In this document: positions 12,301 through 27,300 of the stretch, piece after piece
Numbering within the stretch: position 1 is the first letter of the stretch
How the letters are laid out: every line of letters begins with the position of its first letter
From: Phoronis australis
Lineage: Eukaryota; Animalia; Phoronida
Direction: 5' to 3'
Length of the DNA: 64,000 bases
Assembly (NCBI GenBank): GCA_002633005.1
Contig: NMRA01000519.1
Location: 88,646 to 152,645, forward strand
Made by a program: the position numbers and the translations under genes
Notes under the pieces: model-generated
Databases searched by the model: none
Told to the model about the DNA's origin: nothing
The model's input: the letters and a program-made list of their open reading frames with translations, nothing else

Positions 12301-15300
12301 AGTTGAGGTTTACTGCAGGAGCCGTCACTACACACTGGATCAAGCTGGAAAGAGGTATGATAATTGGATGTACCATCTCTCCTACTTTGTTCATTATTGG
12401 GATGATTTTTCTGATAAAGGCTGGAGAAAGGGAATGTAGGGGTCCGAGCCCACAGTCCCGTATCGTGGTGCCTGTAATTAGAGCATTTATGGATGACTTG
12501 ACATTAACTACGGTGACGCATGTGCAATTTCGATGGGTTTTGGCAGCGCTATATGACGTTGCAACGTGGGCTCGTATGAAGTTTAAACCCAGGAAGTCGA
12601 GACTTCTGATAATGAGAGGTGGGAAAGTGGTCAACAGATTTATTTTGAACATTCAAGGCGAAGAAATTCCATCAATTGTTAATAACCCCATTAAGTGCCT
12701 AGGCAAATTGTACGATGATCTCGTGTGCGACAAGAACAATATCCAGCAGACGGAGACCCAGGTGACAGAGTGGTTGCGGAGAATAGAGAAAAGCGGTCTT
12801 CCTGGCAAGCGCAAGTCATGGATTTACCAGCACGGGCTGTTACCTCTAGCAACATGGGGTCTTATGCTGTATGACATCGCAATATCGGCAGGAGATTGCC
12901 TGGAGAGAATAGTAAGCAAGTGGCTGAAGAAGTGGTTGGGAGTCCCAAGAAGATTCACACAGGTTGGTCTTTATAGCAGAACGGCAGAGGTTCAGTTGCC
13001 TCTAGCGTCAGTCACGGAGGGGCTTAAATTAGGAAAGTGCAGGCGGGTCCTTACATTACGCGACTCTAGAGATCCAAAGGTGAGGGATGCTGGTGTCATA
13101 ACGAGATCAGAAGACGGTGGTCAGTAGACACATCTGTGAGCCAGGCGGAGAGTTTGTTACAGATCAGAGATATAACTGGCAGCACCTACGTGGGACGTCA
13201 AGTGTTCGGGACATCCCAGTTCCAACAGTGGGAGAAGGCGAGTGAGAGGCATTGGAGGGAGATGGTCCAGCCTGAGGTGAGAGCAGCAGAGGAGGAAGCC
13301 CGTAAAACCAAGGCAGTCCAACTGAGCCAGCAGGGAGCAGGTGGAATCTTCCAGAGAGGAAGATATCGTGGGCAGACGTGTGGAGGATGGAGCCGGTGCG
13401 TGTCCAGTTTTTACTTCGCTCGGTTTACGACGTGTTACTTTAGACTGCGAACCATCCACCAGGGCCTAGTGGATGACCCAGCCTGCCAGTTGTGTGGAGG
13501 AAGAGGTACATTGGCCCACATCTTGTCAGGGTGCAAGATGGCACTGCAGCAGGGCCGATACAGATGGCGTCATGACCAAGTACTGAAGACCCTTGCAGAC
13601 ATCATAGATGGAGAGTGTAAGACAAGGGCAAGCAGACAGCACATACAATTAGTCAGGGAAGGTGAGATACGGAAGAAGTCATGTCAGCAGTCTTGCATCC
13701 TGGATGGAGTAAGCTGGGACATGAGAGTAGATATGGGAAGCAAGCTTGTGTTCCCGAGTATTGTGGAAACATCACTGCGGCGTGACATCATTCTGTGGTC
13801 GGATATTCATCAATGTATAGCTTAAGGTGCCTTGGGAGGAAGGACGCGAAGAGGCCTATTTGAGGAAGTTATCTAAGTATATCGAGCTGGCGGAGACATG
13901 CAGAGCTCGAGGCTGGCGGACTTGGTTGTTTCCTGCCGAGGTGGGATGTAGAGGATTCATTGCAAGATCTGTATGGTGGTTGCTGGAGAAGCTCGGTGTG
14001 GGAAGGGAAAAGAAGAAAGCTGCAGTGAGAAGACTGGGCGAGACAGCTGAGAGGACATCTTGTTGGCTGTGGTACTGTCGGAATGAAGGAAGTTGGAGGC
14101 CTCAGTCATGCACAGTGGGTTGGCCAACACTCTGGACCCACCAGTGGTTTAGGGTCGAAACGAGTCAAGGAAGCTGGATGCCATCTGATGACATCAAGCT
14201 ACGCCTTCAACTAGTTAGTGTACGGCGGAAGAAGAGGATCCTGGTATAGCTGTTACAAGGAAGGGGCGACAAGACGTCAGACTGTATAGAAGACTGACAA
14301 TTATTGAGGCAGATAACATCACTGTAAGTACACACACACACACATGTAATTTCTGGTTTGTCTCTACTTTCCAATGGTGATTGCAGAACGCCGACGTTTT
14401 GCACACTACTTGCCAGTATGATTGATTTTTGACCATACACCTTGCATACAAGGCACAAAGAGCACCGAGAACAAACTTTTAGGATCAGTTAAAAATTTCA
14501 GAAAATGAGTCCGTGGAAATTTTATCTTGACAGTTGAACAAAACCCCGAACATTTTTTCAAGTGAATTAAATGAAACTAGCCGTTACTACCAGCTAATGC
14601 AAAATACAGAGGGAAATAGATGCTTATACTAAGAGTGAACATTAGTGTTCATCGCAAGAGACAGGAATACTTCTTGAAAAGGCCGTGTTCAAAGCTTCAA
14701 GCAAAATTTCAGTCACTGTCGGATTTTAGAAGGCAAGGTGTGCGGCTCCGGGATTCTTTCCCCAGGCAGTACAAATTTCTTTCCAGAACATTTGCTCCTG
14801 CCGTAACACAAAGTACAGTAATCAGATATTCTTTAAAGTGAAAACTAAGTATGCATTTAAAAATTGGTATTAGATGTCTTTACAAAAGCTGTGTCCAAAC
14901 GTACATACTGAGGTAGAAAGCCAGCTTTGTGTGAAGACTATCGTCAACATACAACTAGGTACATGTAGCTGTGTGCAGAGGTCCGTTAGACACCGAAATT
15001 TCACCGAACCCCGGTGCTCAGCTTGTCACCTGGTCGTGAAACCTAGAGCTAAGAACCTACAGGGGTGCATGCAGAATCTGGAAGTGAACCGACATTCACT
15101 TTGCCCGTTTATAGCCGTTCATAGGAGTAAAAAGACAATCTAATCAACATCATTTTTTCGTAATACTCCGCCTTTTCTAACAAAGGAAATCTGTGGTCGT
15201 TTTGAAAACAGTGTATATATACATGTGGCGCCCGCACGTATGCGCCATTTCCAAAAAAATAGCGATATCTCTCGAGTTTTTTTTCTGAAATTTTGTTTTC

Positions 15301-18300
15301 TGATCATAAAATAGTAAAAACTTGTAATGAAATGAAACCACTTGCGATTGTTATGACATGTATGCAACCTCACGTTTGATTGAACAACATGGAATTTGGC
15401 CAACATGTGACGCAATGGCGCCAAAGAGTGCATCACAAATTTAGCAGCAGAATAACTGAAGAACGCCAATTTTCCAACACTAGGGTAAAGAGTTTAGTTT
15501 ACTCAAGGAAGAGTAAGGATTATTTAATGAGGCATCATTAATTTTGGCAGCAACAACAGAAGCCGGAGGGAGTGAAATTAAGTCACCGGAGTGACGTCAC
15601 CCAGGTCATTGAGCAGACAAACTAAACGATGCATTTTACATAACAGATATAATACATAGGAATTTTCAGTTTTAGCTTTTATTCATTGCGGTACACTAGA
15701 AGCGGGTTTAATTGTAGGAGGGGGCAAGGGGGCCATGCCCCCAAAAAATTTTCCAGATTCCATTTGACAGTTCGGGGGTGCGAATGTCTGACAGGCAAAA
15801 TCCTGGCTAATACCCTGCACTGCCNGGGTAAAGAGTTTAGTTTACTCAAGGAAGAGTAAGGATTATTTAATGAGGCATCATTAATTTTGGCAGCAACAAC
15901 AGAAGCCGGAGGGAGTGAAATTAAGTCACCGGAGTGACGTCACCCAGGTCATTGAGCAGACAAACTAACTTCACCAAGGCCAGTACGAAACTCGAATCCA
16001 AATAGAGGGCTGATGCAATACTTGGGATCAAGGCGGTACCGAAACGGGCGCAATAAAGGTCCGTAGTGGAGTGGGGGAGACGGAGTGTGTTTAAACGATG
16101 CATTTTACATAACAGATATAATACATAGGAATTTTCAGTTTTAGCTTTTATTCATTGCGGTACACTAGAAGCGGGTTTAATTGTAGGAGGGGGCAAGGGG
16201 GCCATGCCCCCAAAAATTTTTCCAGATTCCATTTGACAGTTCGGGGGTGCGAATGTCTGACAGGCAAAATCCTGGCTAATACCCTGCACTGCCNNNNNNN
16301 NGAATCCTGTATCCGTACACAACCACCATTTATAATAGCGGACGGTGCGAGCCACACTTCGAAGTTTTCCAGTTTTATAGTAAAATCTAGTAAGGTATGA
16401 GAAAGAAGTCATGCAGTTAGTTCAAGGGTTTGCTATTTTTGAAAACCTTTTGACACTCTGACATCAGTGAAGTGTTCTGTTTTGACTTACATGTAGGTCC
16501 TGAAACTGTACCTAAAATGCCATAGTAAATGGCCTTCTTGATTGTGAATTTGTGACTCATTGTTACCATACTGTCACAACTAGTGTTCATGGTAATTATA
16601 CCGGCTCAAATCAAACGATGTGGCGATTTCTTAAGGAATGATGTGAAGTTCTGACAGACATCAAGCAATTTTGACAAATAGCAAAGCATATCTAGTTCAA
16701 CATTGCATCACTACAGGCTACGTACCCTCGATGATATGTCACTTTGTGAGAAGGGGAGGGTATGGGATACTTATGGCGAGTTCAACATTGCATCACTACA
16801 GGCTACATACCCTCGATGATATGTCACTTTTGAGAAGGGGAGGGTACTGNTTATGGCTAGTTTAATATTGCATCACTACAAGCTACGTACCCTCGATGAC
16901 ATGTCACTTTGTGAGAAGGGGAGGGTATGGGATACTTATGGCTAGTTTAACATTGCATCACTACAGGCTACGTACCCTCGATGACATGTCACTTTGTGAG
17001 AAGGGGAGGGTATGGGATACTTATGGCGCCTATTGTTTCTATGTGGCTAGGAAATTGACGTTAATATTATTAATACAATGCAAAATGTGTTAACTAATCC
17101 AGAGTTTCTTGAATTATTGGTTCCCTGTGTCTCAATGTTTCTTTGGTGCGTTGAAGCAAAGGACTGTGTTGCCGATTCGCTGAAGCCCTGGTGAAGTCCC
17201 CTTTAGGCACTGTTTATAGTAAATCAAAATAGATACCGACAATCATTATTAGGCCCATTGGCGTTTCTCTTGTTTCTTTAAGGTCTAACTCCGCCGTTAA
17301 GGTTTTTGGGTCGAGTTCGATTGAAGTCAGCAGCTGTGAGGACTAAATAGGAAGCGATGGCCACGAATAGTATTCAATAGTTCCTTGAAGTCGGTTTGAG
17401 TAAAAGTGAGTCCTGAAATTTGTCCTCTGTTGTTGTACACTGGTATAAGGAAGTGGCCTCACTTTCAGAGCACGTGATTCTTCGAATCCAGGTACTCTTC
17501 AGACAAGTTTTAAGTATCAAAAATCTAGTTGGTAATGATATATTTTAACATCATTTTTTGTAATTTAGAGCGTATACCTCAAGAATTATGGTCTGTTTAC
17601 TTGCACAGGCATTAGATGTAAATGTGACTACAATCGCGCTTCTAGTGATTTGTGGCGGTTCATTTTCTTCTGATTAGTGTAGAAATGTAAAAAAAAAACA
17701 TCGTAATGTCGACTGTCTTTGTCTTTGAAAAACTCCATTACCTTCACCTTTTCAGGTGACTTGAGGCATGGTGCAAGCAAAATGCTTTCATTAACCCAGA
17801 CCAAGGACAACCACTCAAACTGGGGTCTTAGCAAACTATTTTTTCAATAATTGATAATAAAAAAGACAAACACGTATAAGGTTGAAAATTTCCTTTACTC
17901 GAGTGGTGTTTTAAACTGGTGAACCAAAGGAATTAATATATTTACATATGGACAGCTGCCGTGCATAATACAGTTTTATCTACTTGTTTCATGTTTTGCC
18001 CCGCGGATCTCCTTCATTCACAGTTTCAGAATTAACTTCAACAAGAACTATGAGATTCATTTACATTTTGAGAAGGGAGAGAGTGTCAGGTCCATTTTTC
18101 TAGATATAGCTTCTGCTTTCGACTGTGTCCCTCACGACCTTCTACTTCACAAACTTCGATCCTATGGCATTACTGGTAATCTTTGAAACATGATCACCTC
18201 ATATCTCTCCGAAAGAACATACAGTGTTCGTGTCGATGGCGTACTTTCAATTTTATCCCATCCTGGATTTGTAAACGCAGGTGTACCGCAGGGTAGCGTA

Positions 18301-21300
18301 TTGGGCCCTCTTCTCTTCTTGGTTTATATTAATGACCTTCCTGATAACCTGTCATGTAGCACATACCTTTANTTTTAGCAGTTCCATGGAAGCCTGGGTA
18401 CTGCCTCAGAACCCCACTGGCGGTACCGACATAAACTCTCTCCACATAACTGCGTATTGTTGACGACATATTCTTCCACAGCGGTTCCAGTTTCCCAGTG
18501 ATCATGACGTCACTTCTGAAACAGACCGATGTAGTTGAAGAAGACCATGCACGGTTTGGTGATCCAGTCCAGATTGAGCATGGAAATATCCAGAAAAATG
18601 ATTTCGTTAAAGACATAGCGATTGTATAACTTCCATAAGTCGAAGGCTGGATTAACAGCATGCATTCACGAACAGGTATGGGTGGAATAATGATTAAACC
18701 AAAAAAGAAATCACGTGATGCCATTTTGAGATGAAATGGCGAGTTCACCAAACATCTCGGAATAGCCATATCACTGCGTTAGGCAAAACCACCAACTGTC
18801 TTGCTTCATGATGTAGCAACCTACGAAAACTGCATACTTTATGAAATATGTCCGATTGAAAGGCATGGAACACAACCAAAAACTTGTCCCAATTAAATGC
18901 ACTCTCACTTGACAGATCTTTGGTAAGGATTTACGGTGCAGTTGAGTGTGACTGATGTCCAAACATCCTTCTTATCATTGTTCAAATACGACTCAATCTC
19001 TTCTCTGGTTGGTTTGTTTTCCCTCAGATAAGATGTTGGAGAGCAGAACGCCCTGGGCGCCAGATGGACAGTGGAGTGGTTGTGATCGATGACTGACACA
19101 CCATCTTCGAGGTTGCAAAAGTAAAAGTCAAGCTGTTGTATTTAGGATTCGCATTGCACTGCAGGATGTCTTATGAATAAATTAAGATACCCAGGAATTA
19201 CAAAACGTTAGAATTCAATGGATGCGGAAATCAGAGCAACCGAGGAAATTTGTGCGCATCGTTCAGTCTTATTAGCTTTCGAAACGACATAGAAATCAAC
19301 CAAATGTATTACTGAGGTTGGTAAATTCAGAGAAGTTTGCAAAAATATTCATACATTTTCTGTTGCATTTTCTCACGTCTTCAAATTGAAATTACACCAG
19401 CTTCCAGGTTCGGGAATTAATCCAAGGAACAAACGCTAAATAGGGACTTGGTTATTGGTAGATGCATCAGCGTTGAGAAGTTATTGGTAATTAACTTGCA
19501 CAACTGTAATGCTGTCTGGACGCATTGTCATGGAGAACTCAGCGGTTCACCGACTTTCAAGTGGTCAAATGCGGCTAGGCAAAATTGCCATGTCGCCCAA
19601 TGTAAAATGAGCTCACCGAAAGCAAAACGCCGTGTAAGGCAGTGGTACAATGAGTTATAACTGGTCTGCCTTCTGAGTTAGTATCAAGTGCCAATAAATT
19701 TCCGATTTCCTGGGGACTTGGAGGATTTTGCCTGTTTTCTAGTCAAAATCTGAGGTTAGTGAGTGAACTACAGGGAGCCAAATCACAGGAGGAGTACAAG
19801 TTTCAAAAAATTACCCAATTCATCAGGCGTCTTTGACACAATATTTCTGGGTGTGCTTGGTCCCCTGGGCGGTTGCTTTGGAAATTTGAAATTCTCATCA
19901 CTCTCAGCTAAGGAATAAGCGAATGAAAAGTCCGAGTCTGAAATACAAAATCAATAAATTTATTGTCTACTGCTACTTGAAATAATAAAAGGATGCAAAA
20001 TGAGGAAAATGATACTTTTCACCTAAGTTGTTATACAAACGCATACATGTACGCACACGCACACATACAGACGCAAACACAGACATCAGGGCAGTAGGAA
20101 GCGGGGAGCCAGACGGGGGAGGGGGTGCGGCAGGGTTAAACCGTAGCAACCGACATAGGACATAGGCGTGGGGCCAGGGACAGTCGAGAAAAGAAAGACT
20201 GCGAAATACGGATAAGAGAGAAAATTCAAGAGAATATTTAACAACTGTGCATCAATGCATGGTTTGCCTTTTGAAGAACCTGACCAGGGCATTGTCGTTA
20301 GGCTCTTCGCTTTTGCAGCACAAGTCGTCTAAACGCAATTGAAAACGTGCACGAAATCAATCATACATATATCTCGAAAAATCCAGAAAATTGGTAAAGC
20401 AAAGCTTTTGCGGAGCGTACCAATTTTCTGGATTTTCAATTTATTTTTCCATATACCCCTCTCTGGCAAGGGATAGCGGAGACAATTTTCGGTTTATTTT
20501 TTCTCGAAACTGTGTATTACTTGAGAAAAATTGATGAACTGACAGATAACAACAATTGCGCCGCAATTCCTTATATTTGAAAATATAGATATTTTCATAT
20601 TGAAGGGCCCCGCCCTTGAAGGAGACAACTGTAACACACTGTTTGTGATTTTATTGACAAATTCTAAAGGGGCCGCTCACGGAGAAAGGGCCCAATGTTG
20701 GAATCGATTACATCTATGTTCCTGTTTCTTTTGTGAAATTGTGCAACTGGCGTTCATATTGAAGGAGGTCACTCCCTGCATGGTTTTTGGACCATACGAC
20801 AGTGGAATACAATGTCACTCTTTTTTCTAAGCTTAATGTTTAGCCTTTCATCTTTTAAGAAAGGGACACCTTTTAAGACGATACCCTCTCTCGGTGAAGC
20901 AGTACGGGAGAAATGGTCCAGTGTTCTCTATACATGTAAACGCGACGCTGCAAAGTATTCACGATAGAAGTTGAGATTCCAAATCCATCAAAAAACAAAA
21001 CATTCGTGCACAACACAGCCATTCGACCCAAAGAAAAACGATGAAAATATACAATAGGACTGCCGGTCGTCTTCCATCTATATATTTTGAAACAGCCCCA
21101 AAGATACTGCACCAGGGACTTCTGGAACCCACCTTTTCAAAAAAACTCATTTATAGGATGGCCATAATAAAATAAGGTTTCTCCGAAGCTGAATCACAAT
21201 CAAATGAACCTTGACCTTATACCGAGTGGTACGAGCTGCCTGATCTCAGCTATACTACTGGAGGTGACTCCTCGCTGCCGGTCAGTGTACTGTTCCTAGG

Positions 21301-24300
21301 CCCTTTCTTACTCTCCGTGTGGGTTCACGGTTACTTGCTTCATGGCTTGATGGCTTCATATCCGGGATTGTCCCAGGGGCGGATTCAGGATTTTGAGTGG
21401 GGGCAGGGCAGAGTATTAGCCAGGGTTTTACAAGTCAGAAATTTGCACCCTCGAACTGCCAAATGGAATCTGGGAGCATACCTAAGTCTGCCACTGTACC
21501 CCCCCCATCTAGGGCGGACGTGGGAGATTCGGTAAAAATATGGTGGCAACGGGAGCACCTGGGGCTACGGGAGCGGAGGTGGTGGCGATGGGGGGTTGTT
21601 TGGCGAAGTCGAAATGGTTGAAGGCCCCCAAAAAATTGTTGCCTTCTTACGGGCCTGGACGTGTATCTATATAAATAAATATATATACATGTAGTATGCC
21701 AGACAAGAAATTTGAAAACTGCTCGTCAAAAAATTAAAATAACGAAGACAGCTGACAAACAACATACATACAACAGTGGCACTACAGTGGTCAAAATACA
21801 AATACATGGCGCACGATTAAAATTTGCCAGACAACCAACTTTGTGACTACGCATCACACTGCGTCACGTGCATTTTCACCACAGGCGTCCTCAGCTTCTG
21901 ATCGCGTCCACAATACGCTACATACATTACTACAAGGTATGACACTCGAGACTAGAAATTCCACGGGTGCTTCGATTCCGCCGTCCATATCTAACACATA
22001 ACTCAATAAATTTACACAAAACAGAGGTTAAACAAACCATGAAAAATTGTTCTTTCTTATAATACAATTCACGGTGTCCAGCTCCAGCGAGTTCGCAAGA
22101 AATTTGCTGTCAAACCACAAAAGTGTCCCAAAAAGCCCAAACACAATTTGCACACTTTGTCAGTTCGAGGTCGAAAGCGGTACGGGAATTACCGATGAAT
22201 TACGGATGGACGGCGTTATCGACATCGTGACTGTACATGTACGCGACAAACCAGCAATTTCCATACGGTCCTTGACCTCGAACCGACAAAGTGTAAAGTT
22301 TGATATGGCTTTTTGGGAACATGTTTGTGCTTTTACAGCGAATTTCTTGCAAACTCGCTGGAGCAAGACACCGTGAATGCTATTATAAGAAAGAACAAAA
22401 TCTCACGGTTTCTTGAACGCCTGTTTTGTGTAAATTTATTGAGTTATGTATTTGATATGGACGACGGAATCGAAGAACCCGTGGAATTTCTAGTCCCGAG
22501 TGTTACACTTGCATAATATGTGGTGTATTGGGTACGATCAACTGAGGACGCCTGTGATTTTCACGCGATTCTGACAAAGATGCATTACTTACCTTTGATC
22601 AATTATTGCGTCTGTGAATGAGCGTAGTTACAAGTATTTTTTGTATAAATAGTTCTGGTCCATTAAATTTAGCTATCTAAGTTTAACAAGTTAGTATCAG
22701 AATGAGGGGTTGGTCAAATTCCCCACCACTGTGTCAACCATGTCAAGACGACACTTGTCCAGAGTCTCGTCACTGGAAAGTATGTCCATCCACAATGCAT
22801 GGATTGTGTGCAGTGAAAGCACAAGCAACTGACCCATGCAATGACATCACGCTCATTTGATACACTAAGATGCATTTTGAATATATAGAAAAATGAGTGA
22901 GAAGGAGACGATTGCCAAGATATCAGTGAATATGCACATAGCCTCAGACTTTCACCTGATAGCCTAAGCAATTCAATGTATTTGAAAATATGGAGAACCC
23001 GCCAAATATCTAGCAACAGCTATAAATACTATGTACCCTAGTGAAGTACATGTACACCATAACGTCACAGGGACTGGAAATAGACAAACTTTGTATCGAA
23101 TGAGCATGCGTGATATGGTCTCACCAGTAAACGGTACATTGTGGCTAACAAGACCACCAGGGTACCTTTAATATATGAGTAGTGATAGCGTGTGTAGTTG
23201 GTCCAGAACCAGACAGACTCAGTCGCAGGCATCACAGCGCGGAACGTGTCATGCATACGAGTGCTCCCAGTCGTCTGTTTAGCCATTGACCGTAGAACCG
23301 TGTTGCTGAAGTATTGGGAGTTATTGATGTACGACTCCAAAGTGACAATGTCCACAAATACAGGTTCTCCAACTGGCTTAAATATAGAGTATCATACTGT
23401 TAACACCAAAACATCATACACAAGGTTATGCTTACTAACCCAATTTGAACGTACCGTACTCACTAGCAAAACAGTCCATTAATTGATTGAGTGAAACATG
23501 TTAGGATTGAAAAATGCATTTTCTTGTGAGCAATAATTCAACTTAAAGTACTCACGATTGCCTTGTCTTGATCAAAGGACTGGAAGGAAACAGACTTACA
23601 TTATTAATGCGACCCAGACAATTCATGATACATGTACATATGAATGTTCGAAACAATTGTTTCTTTTCTCTCCAAACTTCCTTCCTCTCACTCTTTCTAA
23701 TTCGCCTTGCGCCACCTCCTCTTTATGCCAATTGTATTCTCTCCACCCATTGGGGGTACTGTACACGCCTAGAATGTGTTGCATTGTAATTAACGGCAAA
23801 AATGAAGGCAAGTGTCCTTCAACACGTTTAGCCGTCAGATGGAGACTACCGTTCTGTTGATCACGCGCCCTAATGCCCGTTTTCTTAGTGCCTGTACTTA
23901 GACTTGGTCTTTAACTGCACTGATAGGAATGCTTCAGAATTTCATTGAGTCATAGCCTTAATGTGTACCTACCACAGCGGGGTGAATGACAGTGCCGCCA
24001 TGCTGATTGATCATGAATGCAAATGCAGTTCCCCACACGTTGTTGGTGAGAGCACTTTCGATCAGTCCTAACCTTACGTCAGAGCCCACCACACCAATGA
24101 TGCTGCAATTGAGGCGTTGCTATTGACGACCTGAACAACACTTAGACCTAGAGTTGCCCATTTAGTGCTTGACATAAATTATCCTGCGGTATACATGAAG
24201 CTATCAACTGGATAGTAAATATATTAAAGAAGTACAAAACCAAAGATTTTTCTAAAGAACATGTCACTACTTAGCTTTGTCAATAAAACTTTAATTGTTT

Positions 24301-27300
24301 GCTAATATTTGAAGCCAAACTGTCTCTAATTTCTTTATCGCCCTATGTATGTGCCGCCTTCTTCACCCGTAAACCACTCACTCCATCTACCCTTTCCTTC
24401 TCAACCTTTGTCTCTGCCCTCATCTTTCCCCACATGCCACTCATTCTATCTAACCTTTCCTTCGCACCCAGTCCTTTCTTTACTTCGCTACCTTACTCTC
24501 TTTAACTCACTCGTTGTGAACATATACTGGTGCAGCTATGGTGACCACCAGCCCCATGCCAAGTTTGTCCAAGTACGGCTCGGTAATAATCGGGGCCGGA
24601 GATCCTCTGTTCTCTGGTTGATGGAGGAAGTCAAAGAAGGCTCTCAGTTGGCGCACTAAATTACCAGCACTCGTCTAAAAGATACATGCATCGTGCATGG
24701 GTAATGGTAACATATGATGGAAGTGCGCGAATGAATATTTCAACAGAAGGACGTCGAAATTGTAACAGAGGGAATGAAAATACCAGGTAGCAGATAATCC
24801 TTCCGGCCAAGAGATGGTGAAGTAAGTAGTATCTATAGGTGTCAACAAATTTCTGTCCGATGTAATGGGCACACAACTAAAAGAATAGTCTGGCCTAAAA
24901 GGGCTCGAATCAAAGCAGCCGCATCCTTTAAGTCTTCACACAATTTTGTGTGAATATTACACTACAGTTAGATTAGCGACAGTCAGTTAACTACCAAGGT
25001 TGGGCCGGGTCAACCGGCCAAGGCGGGGAATGGCTTCTCGATGAACACTTCGTACGTACAAACTAACCAGGTGCCTCACACGTTTAACCTGGCTCAACCA
25101 CTAGAAAGAATCAGGTGCAGCCATTTCCACTAAACATGTAACTCACATCAATGCTTATGGTACTCAGCCCGTGTCTGCGGCACGTAAGTTTAGGTGGAAG
25201 GCTCCGCCGTGGATCCACGATAATGATAAATGTCTCTGGCTTCAATAGAAATGCACACAGTTTTGTGAGCTGAGTTCAAACTCACACAAATCATTATCAG
25301 AAAGACCACGTACATGATATAATTTGTGGACAAAGCTGTGATATTCTTACTTCTAGTAAACCAAAATAAAATTGGTCAAGTTTAAGCGAGCGTAACGTCC
25401 CATTAGGTCTATTGAATGCATATTTTTCAAACCGCTTACCCCTACCGCTTACCGCCTACAAGTGATCACAACGTTTTATTAATCAAATGAAAATTCATTG
25501 TTGGTTCTTTCCAAGAGGAGAAATCACCTTTTGACTTTGGGGAAAATCGACATTAAATGGCACGCGTTCAGTGATACAATCGTGAACCAAAGCAAGCTTA
25601 AAAAAATGTAGCGGTGTTAAAGCTCAAAGTAGAAACACGTTTTGAAACTATGCTAATGTAATTAAACTACACGTGACATTGTATATTGTTCGACCAAAGT
25701 CCACGCCTTTTACATGTCTCTCTCCTCAAGTTGATATAAAACCGCTCCTCGTAGCTAAAACAACCCTCGATTCACATAACTTGCAACTAAGAGGAGAACA
25801 AGCTCACATACACGTAGGCCTAATGTGTCAAAACCAACCAACCAATCGATTTTTAAAAAAGCTACTTTGTTCCTTGCTCAGGTTAGACTTGGTTTCTATG
25901 TCTGAGAATATCTGACATTATTTGCATCAGAGCATGCCCACTGCTGGTTGTCGGGTTAGTTTTGTTCACCAAATACCCGTTCAATTCCAAGGGATTCGTA
26001 TTAACAGATTCATTTCGACACTATACCAGCGACTGTGTATCAAGTTTTCAAACAAAGAGTTTTGTCGTGGTTTTGTCGCGTTTTCAACGAAAGTTCAAGG
26101 TAAATATGAAGACGAGATAACAATGCTTCGGAAAAGGAGACGCCACTGTAATGAATTTTGTTTAGCAGCCAAACATGGTTGGTAATTGCCTGAGATAAAG
26201 AGCTCGATCATTGAGAACCAGTTTTCTCCATGGAATAACGGGGATCAAACTGGTTCTGAAAATGTGGGCATGTTATATCAGAATATTGTCACATCGTTAC
26301 TAGCGACATAATTGTAATTCTTCATCAAATTAGAAATATTTTTGGGAAATAACTAGCCTTAAGTTATCGCTCAAAAGCAGTCTCAGGCAACTGCAAACTT
26401 GCAGTTCCCTCCAAACACGGAACAGTACAGGCACGGTGAACCCAGCCGTACAGCACCAGGCGCTCATTTACAATTCAGTATTTTCCTCATCACAAGAGAC
26501 TAGGCTCTCAGGACTACTTAAAAGTTCACCCTAATCAACTACATGGTCCACCCAGTCTGTTATAATGCAGTTGCCTATATCCAACCAAATCAGATGAATT
26601 GATAAAAGGCAAATATGCATTTTCTTCAGCAGTCCAATTAAAGTATACTTACGAAGATCTGACGGTGTTTGTGAATGGCCATTACGTTATCAGGAAATCG
26701 GCCCCAATCAGTGAAGCATCGCTTCAACCTGTTGGTATTAATGTCCTCTGAAACAATGAGGTGTATAGTCAATATAAGTGAATGCTTATCTACTCAAGTG
26801 AGCCAGAAGAAATATATTTTGAGTTAAACATGATATCATAACCATAGTCCAATCATAGCATGTTTGCTCTAGTAGCCATTCGTAAAATAACATCTGGGTC
26901 TCTATTGCATGAAAAGTCATCTTGCACCATTACGTCACATTTACCAAACATAGGTTTAATAGTAGAATTATTAGCCAGGAAGTGAGTTGTACAAATTCTC
27001 TTAGTAAGTTAGTCACGGGCATATTCAGAGATATTTTATTACTTAATTTGCTGATGAGATTAATTATTATTTTCAATAACTATTTACGTGGAGCGTAAGA
27101 CCGAATTCTTGTTATTAATAAGTCTTAAGTCAATTTCCATGAAACGGATCCTGGTCATTCTTTTTACTGAGAACATAATCTTGGCTTGTTTTAAAGAGGC
27201 AAGGAACGCAAAAGATTGTCAAAAATATCTTTTTCCTGACTAAATTAAGTACCATCTAGCAACGTCTGGTAAAGAGTATTTCACTTTCTCCTGTGAGTAA

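Noticed and set aside
16693-17027. 85-bp repeats as a CRISPR array or gene
   Set aside because: Head-to-tail minisatellite without spacers.
18361-18368. AG|gtatgt as the donor of the 18373-18515 exon
   Set aside because: It lies across the N join inside the CR1 fragment, and its phase (1) does not match the next acceptor (2).
20378-20437. Hairpin aaaatccagaaaattggta...taccaattttctggatttt as a pre-miRNA
   Set aside because: More simply the centre of a decayed palindromic MITE; no conservation or expression evidence.
22047-22516. Overlapping ORFs on both strands
   Set aside because: They fall within the palindromic MITE and mirror each other.
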